13,968 bases of DNA from Flavobacteriales bacterium. Its GTDB lineage: Bacteria; Bacteroidota; Bacteroidia; Palsa-965. Each line of letters opens with the position of its first letter. The stretch's first letter is position 1. Position numbers and translations under genes: made by a program. Where the stretch lies: contig JBEIPA010000052.1 in assembly GCA_040377305.1 (NCBI GenBank), positions 1 through 13,968 of the forward strand. The letters run 5' to 3'. The notes below the pieces were generated by a model. That model was not told the DNA's origin and made no database searches. It saw only the letters and a program-made list of their open reading frames with translations. Below, piece after piece: positions 7,156-13,968 of this stretch.

Positions 7156-10100
7156 TTATCGAATCAGATTCACATGGCCCATATACTTATGCGGCTTGTC
7201 CATCTCATCTTTAAAGCGCACTTGCCACACATAGGTGTCGATTTGTGCAATCGGACCTCCGTTACGTGTTCCGTCCCAACCTTTGTTGATGTCGTTTGAA
7301 ACGAAAATTAAGTTGCCCCAACGATCAAAGATGAGCATCTGGTACGTCGAGTTATCAATGCCCAATCCGTAACCGTAGAAAATGTCGTTGTGACCATCTT
7401 CGTTCGGAGTGAATGTATTCGGTGCAAAGAATGAGAAGTCTGGTTCGATAATTACAAACTCAGAATCGATAGCGGTACATCCGTACTGACTCACTACTTC
7501 CTGTACAATCCAGTAAGTTCCCGGATCCTGATACTCGAATGTGAAAGGCAATGCAAGATTGCTCACATAAGTATCAACGCTGTCTCCCATCCAATAGTTG
7601 GTTGTATCGCAGTTGATGCAGTTCGGAGTAAACGTAATCACCGGAGCAAGGATTGAAGTCGTTTGCGGACTTACAACGAATCCTGGTGTTGGCGTAGGAT
7701 ACACTTCAATCATGTTCTGATATGTGATTGTGCTGTGACAACCGTAAATGTCAGTCACATCAAACGTTACATCGTACAAGCCTGCAGTTTGATAGCAGTG
7801 CGTAGGACTTAACGTGTTGTCAGTAGTGTTGTCACCGAAATCGTACAGGATTGTTTGTGCAGCTGGAGTTGAAGTTCCTGTGAATGTTACGCAATGTGCT
7901 TCACAACCACTTGCATCATCTGGTGTTACAGTGATTACTGGTGCAGGTAATACGGTTATAATAACTGTATCTGTCACAACCGGAGAACCACACTGATCGC
8001 TCACAGTCACCACATAAGTTGTAGTAGCCACCGGTGTTGCTGACGTCATCTGTGAATTTGGATTTGCTAAACCTGCAGCTGGTGACCAAACGTAGTTATA
8101 CTGTCCGCCATCTCCGCCTCCAGCTGTTGCGCTCACTGGAGCAGCACCACCGGGACAAATTGAATCGGAAACAGAAGCCGTAACTGTAAGCGGAGGATAA
8201 ACCGTTACCACGACAGAGTCAGAGCTTTCACAACCATTCACATCTTGCGAAACCACAACGTACGTAGTTGTGTTCGCAGGATTCGCAGAAGTAGAAGCCG
8301 TGTTTGGTGAACCTAATCCCGCAGCTGGTGACCACAAATAGTTTTGTCCGCCCGAAGCAGTTAACGTGGTTCCTGTTCCGCAAATGAATGCATCAGGTCC
8401 TGCGTTGATTACAGGTGTTGGGTTGATCGTTACCTGAACAGTATCGGTATTGAAACATCCGAACTGATCTGTAACCGTCAAAACATAGTTAGTTGTCTGC
8501 GTTGGATTCACAAGCGGAGTTGCTGTTGCCGAGCCGGATAAAATGAAATTACCCGCCCATGCGTACGTACCTCCACCCGATCCATTTAGGGTTGTGCTGT
8601 CGCCTAAACAGATTCCAACATCAGCACCAGCGTTTGGCGCTGGAAGATTTCGCACAGCAACCTGTACTGTGTCGTCGCCATAGCATCCGAACTGATTTGT
8701 ACCATGCAGGTAGAATTCAGTTGTGGTTGTTGGCGCCATGGTAGGCGTTGCGGTATTCGCGTTTGTAATTACAGTTGCGTTGCTCGCGGTCCACGCGTAG
8801 TTGTTTGCACCGGAACCAGAAAGCTGAATCACATAACCCGGACAAATACTATCATCAGGTCCCGCGTTCACAACAATGTTCATGCTCACATCAACAAATA
8901 CCGTTGCAGTATCAGCACAACCAGCACCTGCAGATCCGATTACGGTGTACGTTGCTGGTCCCACCGGAAGAAACTCCACCAAATCTCCGTTTGGAGAAAG
9001 AATGTTGTATCCACCGTTAGGTGCGCTCCAGGTGTAAGTAGTTGCACCCTGAACTAAAACGGTGTCTGTTGATGAAGGACAAATCGTCAGGCTGTCATTG
9101 GATAAAACCAGAACAGGATTTGGAGTGATGTTTACGGTGTATGTTCCGGAAGCACTACATCCTGCAGGAGTCGTTGCTGTAACGTTGTAAACTGTTGTCA
9201 CAAGCGGAGCCAGATTCACCGAATCCTGTGAAGGACTCAATGGTGTAACTGCTGGATTCCACGTATAAGTATTCGCACTTGAACCTGCATCCACATCAAT
9301 ATTGTCTCCAGCGCAAATGTTTGCGGCAGCAGGTGAGAATAGAATTACAGGAAGCGGATTCACAATGACAGTTACCGAATCAATTCCCGGGCATTGTGCA
9401 GCGGCTGATTGCAACGTGTATGTTGTTGTCACCGTTGGAGACACCGTAATGCTTTGCGTATTCGCTGTGAATGGTCCGGGCGCACTCCAGTTATACGTAT
9501 TCGGAGATCCCGACCCGTTTAGCGTAACACTTTGTCCGATGCACAATACAGGATTGGCGGGAGTAATGGTAAGATTCGGAGTTGGTGTAATACCAACGTT
9601 GATGACATTCGAATACAAAGGTGCTGCCGGGTTACACGGATTGGAAATCATCGCGCGGAAATACAATGGACCAGTTACCGGACAGAACACATAAGACAGC
9701 GTTGTTGCTCCTACAATATTTGTCCAGCCACCTACTCCATTCGGAGATTGTTGCCATTGCAGTGTTCCAACAGTGTATGAAGTAAGATTGAGTGTAACAC
9801 AACCACCCTGACAAACCACAGGTGGCGTTAAGCTCGCTGTTCCAACTGTTGGAGGTGGATTCACCTGAATTGGAACTGTAACCGGAGTAACCGGATAACA
9901 AATGAGATATCCACCGGCAACACTAACGGTGTAAGTTGTGTTTACCATTGGAGTTACTGTCCAGACCCCAGTTGTGTTTTGTAAGTTTCCTGGCTGCAGC
10001 GTGAAAGTTGGCGCACCATTTCCACATCCGCCTTGTCCCGTGATTGTAGCAGTGATAGTTACTTGTTGCCCTGCACAAATCGGAGTGTTAGGAGCAGCTA

Positions 10101-10602
10101 CTGCACTAAGGATAAAATTTGGGGCAATTCCAGGAGTTGTGAAAGTAACAGTAGGCGACCATGGTCCACCACTTCCTGATCCGCACACACGTTCTCTGGC
10201 TCGCAAAACGTACTGCGTTCCCGGACATAAATTCGCGAACGGTATCGTGACGGCGCCGTAAGGTTCAACAACACAGTTGTCGGGCCAACCTGCCGCTGCA
10301 GTATAGTTCGGAACGTTGAGGATGCTGCGGAACCAAGGATATACGTTCCAGTTTACTGCGTTACAGGCAGGTGCTAACCCGGTAAAGTTTGCCGCACTAA
10401 AACACGCAAGCTCAACTTCCATGTAATACGGACCACATCCGCATGTAGCAGGATCTGAACTTCCGTTTACCGTAATTGAGTTGCCGTTGTTCGTAGTACT
10501 GAAACCTACCAACGCCACACCATGACAAGCTTTTGCTGTGTTGGGAATCCCGATCACACACAATAGCATTATAACACAACCTACGAGTAGATTTTTGTTC
10601 AT
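7156..10602 (-). CDS. Large surface protein with Ig-like repeats, PKD domain and T9SS type-B (gliding motility-associated, CHU_C) C-terminal domain
   Basis: Signal peptide ending AKA. About nine repeats of the form IC.G....L..SG...Y.W.....P..TT.Y. PKD-like YDFGD...PTHCYQTAGLYDV. Type-B CTD motifs APNTFTPNEDGHND, IFDRWGNLIF and GWDGT. Confidence 0.92.
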   Translation of the reverse strand: MNKNLLVGCVIMLLCVIGIPNTAKACHGVALVGFSTTNNGNSITVNGSSDPATCGCGPYYMEVELACFSAANFTGLAPACNAVNWNVYPWFRSILNVPNYTAAAGWPDNCVVEPYGAVTIPFANLCPGTQYVLRARERVCGSGSGGPWSPTVTFTTPGIAPNFILSAVAAPNTPICAGQQVTITATITGQGGCGNGAPTFTLQPGNLQNTTGVWTVTPMVNTTYTVSVAGGYLICYPVTPVTVPIQVNPPPTVGTASLTPPVVCQGGCVTLNLTSYTVGTLQWQQSPNGVGGWTNIVGATTLSYVFCPVTGPLYFRAMISNPCNPAAPLYSNVINVGITPTPNLTITPANPVLCIGQSVTLNGSGSPNTYNWSAPGPFTANTQSITVSPTVTTTYTLQSAAAQCPGIDSVTVIVNPLPVILFSPAAANICAGDNIDVDAGSSANTYTWNPAVTPLSPSQDSVNLAPLVTTVYNVTATTPAGCSASGTYTVNITPNPVLVLSNDSLTICPSSTDTVLVQGATTYTWSAPNGGYNILSPNGDLVEFLPVGPATYTVIGSAGAGCADTATVFVDVSMNIVVNAGPDDSICPGYVIQLSGSGANNYAWTASNATVITNANTATPTMAPTTTTEFYLHGTNQFGCYGDDTVQVAVRNLPAPNAGADVGICLGDSTTLNGSGGGTYAWAGNFILSGSATATPLVNPTQTTNYVLTVTDQFGCFNTDTVQVTINPTPVINAGPDAFICGTGTTLTASGGQNYLWSPAAGLGSPNTASTSANPANTTTYVVVSQDVNGCESSDSVVVTVYPPLTVTASVSDSICPGGAAPVSATAGGGDGGQYNYVWSPAAGLANPNSQMTSATPVATTTYVVTVSDQCGSPVVTDTVIITVLPAPVITVTPDDASGCEAHCVTFTGTSTPAAQTILYDFGDNTTDNTLSPTHCYQTAGLYDVTFDVTDIYGCHSTITYQNMIEVYPTPTPGFVVSPQTTSILAPVITFTPNCINCDTTNYWMGDSVDTYVSNLALPFTFEYQDPGTYWIVQEVVSQYGCTAIDSEFVIIEPDFSFFAPNTFTPNEDGHNDIFYGYGLGIDNSTYQMLIFDRWGNLIFVSNDINKGWDGTRNGGPIAQIDTYVWQVRFKDEMDKPHKYMGHVNLIR

Positions 10603-10648
10603 GCGTTTATTCCGATAAAATTTGAAAAACTCTAGTATTTGCCTAATT

Positions 10649-10656
10649 CAAATTTA
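10649..10656 (-). promoter_or_regulatory. Putative Bacteroidota -7 promoter box (TAAATTTG)
   Basis: Exact TAnnTTTG consensus 46 nt upstream of ATG 10602. Confidence 0.5.
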
Positions 10657-10793
10657 AGCAATCCTAAGGTAACCGCAACCTCTGATTGCTAACATTTTGC
10701 ATAAGTAATCAACAAAGCAAAAATGGAGAAACGAATGGGGTTTCAATGTAAAATTCGATCAGGCGCATAAGTAGCCGACGAGCACCGTGCCCC

Positions 10794-10826
10794 AAACCTT
10801 AAAGGTTTTAAAAACCTTTAAGGTTT
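10794..10826. repeat. Perfect 33-bp AT-rich palindrome (REP-like)
   Basis: AAACCTTAAAGGTTTT-A-AAAACCTTTAAGGTTT: perfect 16-bp arms, each arm itself a smaller AAACCTT/AAGGTTT hairpin. Lies 28 nt past the dgkA stop. Confidence 0.8.
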
Positions 10827-10854
10827 AGCGTAGGCCTGTGCAAGGTGATTGCGA

Positions 10855-11226
10855 CTACAAAAGCGCCTTTATCTTGGGAAAAAAGACAATGACTCCGACA
10901 GCAATCGCCGCACAAGTCACGATTAAAACGGCTCCGGCTGCAATGTCCTTGATTCGTCCCGCTTTTTCTCCGTACTGTGGATGAACAATGTCGATAGTGC
11001 CCTCAATCGCGGTATTCATTGCTTCCGCAGCAATAACAGCGCCTGAAGCGAGCAGAATAATCATCCATTCAACACGATCAATTTCCAAACAGAATCCGGC
11101 AGCAACCACCACAACAAATGCCGCTAGGTGGATTCTCGCATTTCGTTCGGTCCCGAAAAGCTTCGCGCATCCATTCAACGCGTATCTGAGCGACTGTATA
11201 ATTCCGGGTTTTGAATGCTGATTCAT
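10855..11226 (-). CDS. dgkA: Prokaryotic diacylglycerol kinase family protein (DgkA / undecaprenol kinase-like)
   Basis: 123 aa with three hydrophobic segments and motifs YALNG, ERNARIH, AEAMNTAIE and KDIAAGAV. The start overlaps the upstream stop (TAATG). Substrate cannot be assigned from sequence. Confidence 0.88.
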   Translation of the reverse strand: MNQHSKPGIIQSLRYALNGCAKLFGTERNARIHLAAFVVVVAAGFCLEIDRVEWMIILLASGAVIAAEAMNTAIEGTIDIVHPQYGEKAGRIKDIAAGAVLIVTCAAIAVGVIVFFPKIKALL

Positions 11227-13118
11227 TATTCGATTATTAAACCAGGTTTCGCTGCTTTGAGTGGATTAAGGTTCACGTCATTAGGATTTGAAACATTAAT
11301 GTGCGTGAGCAAAGGTAGCTTGATGAGTGGCGTGTAATCACTTATCGGATTTCCCGAAAGGTCAATATACGTGAGCGATTTACATTTCTCAATTCCGTTC
11401 AGCGACGTAATATTATTTGCTGTAAGATCAGCTTCCTTCAGTGCAGGAAACGAACCCAGTTCGCCAATGGAAATCAATTCATTGTTGGTTGCATTAACCC
11501 GCTCAATGTTTGCGAATCCAGGGAAGTAATAAATATTTTCAAGGTTGCAGAAATCGAGATGCAGCGTTTTATCGCTTCCATACGAAGGAAACGCCAGCAA
11601 TTCATTCTGCACGCGATCACCATTGATCGTTTTCGAACGCCAGTCTTCCGTTTTGTATTCGCAGAGTTGCATGTAAACACGACGGTAAATGCGAACTGCA
11701 AACTGATTTTCATTCCCCCAGCTGCGATTGTTGAGCAAGTCGACCATGTTCAGCAAATCGTCGTCATCGTCGTACGTTTCATTCATTTCCTTCTGGGAAA
11801 ACTTCTCCGGATTTACATTCAACTCCACCAGATAAGGTAATGACTGGAACGACATCGACGATAAGTAAGCGCGGTTAACATAGTCCGATTTATACAATGA
11901 ATACCAGGTAATAAACCGCGACCAGCTTACGAGTGATGAAAACACAAACACGGCAAAGAATAACCACGTGTTTATGCGAAACAACCAGGTGTTCGTCTTC
12001 TTCGAAAATACTTTGATGATGGTTGTGGCCACGCCAACTGCAGTCAGCAATAAGTAGAAGTAAACACCGATTCGCTTATACGTCATACCGAACATTTCGG
12101 TGTAGAGATTGTTTCTTCCAGCCATGAAAAACAACATGAGAATATTCTGCGTGAGCCATAGAATAGCGAGAATACGCATCGTGCTGTATCCTTTGTCGAA
12201 ATTGATTCTGCCGCGAAAGAAGAAAAGTACGAGTCCCATCGCAAGCAAAACGTTGACGAGTAATAGTCCGATTCCCTGATGAACATAACTCGTATAAGTG
12301 ATTCCTTCCGGCAATGCGCCATCACCAAACTGAAACAGGAGATCGACTCCATTCACAAAAAGCACGAGAATATTCAGTAGCGCGAACAAAAGAATGCCGA
12401 GGAAACGTTCGTTATCGAGACTCATGAGCGAGTCGCCCCAATTTGCATTGGCGTCTTCCCGATTTTCAAGATTCCGCTGATACTTGTTGCTATCCTCTCC
12501 TATTCCACCGAATTTCCGGAGGTAGAAAAGACCGTAAACGACCACGGCACCAATGATTGTGAAGAAACACCACTTCCACGAAATCCAATCGAGATTGATA
12601 TGCTTCGTAAGCTCTTTGAATAGCACGTTTGTCGAACGATACATGACAAAGAATAACAGTACGATCAACACAGCTACAATTACAGCCCAGATACGGCCGG
12701 TGTTTCTTTTCTGTTTCACTTCTCCGCCGGGAGTTTCTTCCACCACTTGTGATCTTCGGTCGAAGAAGTCAATGATCATGAACACATAAGCGCCACCGAC
12801 CGAACAAACCGATAAGAAGAATGAAACGATCAACGAAGTTCCCGGTGCTGCACTTTGCGCGGAGAATAATAAAAGTGAAGTGATGTTAGCACCAATAGCG
12901 AGTCGAGAACCATTGAGCCACACTGCAAATCCGGAAACAATAACCAGCAATGCCGAAGCATACCAGTGTTTGTTCTTCATGGTATCGCGGCGCATCCATC
13001 CTAACGATGCTACGATTGCTAACGAGAATAGAAAAAAGTTGAAGCCGGCAGTCTGTTGGTAAAACAGAAAACTGTACGCGGCAATGCATAGAATGTAGAG
13101 CCAGTCGTTTCTTTTCAT
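11226..13118 (-). CDS. DUF4153/DUF4173-like polytopic membrane protein with C-terminal leucine-rich repeats
   Basis: About 11-12 hydrophobic segments and family-like motifs YTSYVHQG and FGMTYKRIGV. The last ~114 aa contain 22-aa LRRs (LKEADLTANNITSLNGIEKCKS, LTYIDLSGNPISDYTPLIKLPL). Confidence 0.82.
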   Translation of the reverse strand: MKRNDWLYILCIAAYSFLFYQQTAGFNFFLFSLAIVASLGWMRRDTMKNKHWYASALLVIVSGFAVWLNGSRLAIGANITSLLLFSAQSAAPGTSLIVSFFLSVCSVGGAYVFMIIDFFDRRSQVVEETPGGEVKQKRNTGRIWAVIVAVLIVLLFFVMYRSTNVLFKELTKHINLDWISWKWCFFTIIGAVVVYGLFYLRKFGGIGEDSNKYQRNLENREDANANWGDSLMSLDNERFLGILLFALLNILVLFVNGVDLLFQFGDGALPEGITYTSYVHQGIGLLLVNVLLAMGLVLFFFRGRINFDKGYSTMRILAILWLTQNILMLFFMAGRNNLYTEMFGMTYKRIGVYFYLLLTAVGVATTIIKVFSKKTNTWLFRINTWLFFAVFVFSSLVSWSRFITWYSLYKSDYVNRAYLSSMSFQSLPYLVELNVNPEKFSQKEMNETYDDDDDLLNMVDLLNNRSWGNENQFAVRIYRRVYMQLCEYKTEDWRSKTINGDRVQNELLAFPSYGSDKTLHLDFCNLENIYYFPGFANIERVNATNNELISIGELGSFPALKEADLTANNITSLNGIEKCKSLTYIDLSGNPISDYTPLIKLPLLTHINVSNPNDVNLNPLKAAKPGLIIE

Positions 13119-13140
13119 AGACTAAATTCTGATTGTTTGT

Positions 13141-13217
13141 CCTCGACTCCGCTCGGTCTGACACTAGGTCTCATCAGATTAAAGTTGTCAAACTGAGCGG
13201 AGCCGAAGGTTGACAAC
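13141..13217. repeat. Inverted pair of C(T/C)TCGACTCCGCTC-family REP-like elements
   Basis: CCTCGACTCCGCTCGGTCTGACA (13141-13163) faces TGTCAAACTGAGCGGAGCCGAAGG (13186-13209). The second copy is closed by its own 8-bp stem GTTGTCAA/TTGACAAC. Confidence 0.72.
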
Positions 13218-13279
13218 AAGGTAGTTTGCTTAACGAAACCAGAGACAATACGTTGGTGGATTTCGGAAGTTTTAACGAA

Positions 13280-13753
13280 TTAAAATGCGAATGCGTACCC
13301 AAACAGTCCTAAAATCGTAATCATGAAATAGCCCGTCAGAGAAGATGCTCCTGCGTAATCTTTCGCGACACGTTGTCCGAAGAGCAGACAAATCAGCGTG
13401 AATCCGGCAAGCGCGAGACTTAATCCCAGAATGTCGGAAGAGTGCCCCATCCACATCCAAACTATTCCGAGAATACATCCTAAACCTGAAATCAATTCAA
13501 GTATTAAGATCGTCGGTAACAGTATTGCAGTCGTGCTTCTCAGAAACGTCTTTTCAAAAACGGAATTGAAATATGATTTGTTGCCGGAATAATCAGTCAA
13601 CTTATTCAGCCCGGATTGAAGAAAAGTTATTGCAATGAACAATCCGCATAACGATGCGATCAACGCACTGGCCAAAATTAATTTAGCTCCCGGAAACGCG
13701 AATGAATCCATCATTGACTCAAATGCATCTGCTGCTGGCATGTCGTTTTCCAT
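13280..13753 (-). CDS. DoxX-like membrane protein
   Basis: Four hydrophobic helices with motifs FLQSGLNK..DYSGN, LELISG and FGQRVAKDYAGA, typical of Bacteroidota DoxX-family proteins. TAACTTGT lies 4 nt before ATG 13753, though downstream ATGs are alternative starts. Confidence 0.8.
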   Translation of the reverse strand: MENDMPAADAFESMMDSFAFPGAKLILASALIASLCGLFIAITFLQSGLNKLTDYSGNKSYFNSVFEKTFLRSTTAILLPTILILELISGLGCILGIVWMWMGHSSDILGLSLALAGFTLICLLFGQRVAKDYAGASSLTGYFMITILGLFGYAFAF

Positions 13754-13879
13754 GGAGACAAGTTACGCAATCGTTATCAGCCCTCGGTACAGCTAAAATC
13801 CACACGCACGTCACTCCGCGAATAATGGCGCTTACTCCTTTAGACTTGTGGTTAATTCAGAACTTGCCAACAAAAAGCT

Positions 13880-13951
13880 AAACAGGTAAAGCTACCTAAC
13901 AGTTTACTCTAGGATTCGAGCCTAGAGACCGATTCAGTGCTTTACCTGTTT
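13880..13951. ncRNA. Candidate structured ncRNA (possibly Flavo-1-like motif); strand not resolved
   Basis: Perfect 13-bp outer stem AAACAGGTAAAGC/GCTTTACCTGTTT, 14+11 nt internal loop, 7-bp inner stem CTCTAGG/CCTAGAG and 7-nt loop. The family label is from recollection only and needs a covariance-model search. Confidence 0.55.
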
Positions 13952-13968
13952 TCTTCAAGTGATGCTCA

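Noticed and set aside
996-13592. Remaining short ORFs nested in or antisense to the large genes
   Set aside because: All lie mostly or wholly within well-supported CDSs and show no independent motifs.
13803-13813. 11-mer CACGCACGTCA shared with 4180-4190
   Set aside because: Only two copies with no convincing flanking similarity. It could be chance or a REP flank, which is too weak to call a regulatory site.
13900-13935. tRNA gene (GGCTCGAATCC resembles a T-arm)
   Set aside because: No D-arm, anticodon arm or 7-bp acceptor stem at tRNA spacing on either strand.

Overview
Chromosomal segment of a Bacteroidota bacterium, judged from T9SS C-terminal sorting domains and TAnnTT(T/A/G)(G/T) -7-type boxes. 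It encodes a small T9SS type-A cargo protein divergent from an AddA/UvrD-like helicase-nuclease, then yajQ. A minus-strand run follows: DoxX-like protein, DUF4153-like membrane protein with a C-terminal LRR fusion, DgkA-family kinase, a 1148-aa Ig-repeat/PKD T9SS type-B protein and an SBBP beta-propeller T9SS type-A protein. The ORF track misses or mis-starts two small single-pass membrane ORFs (5182-5340, 5060-5185) chained to the SBBP gene by ATGA overlaps. Most intergenic gaps carry REP-like palindromes of several unrelated families, one nested inside another. There is also an 8-bp tandem repeat with G-quadruplex potential after yajQ, a degenerate ~77-bp higher-order repeat, and a structured-RNA candidate (possibly Flavo-1-like) at the right end. 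No transposase, CRISPR array, tRNA or rRNA was found. All family calls rest on motif recognition by eye, not database searches.
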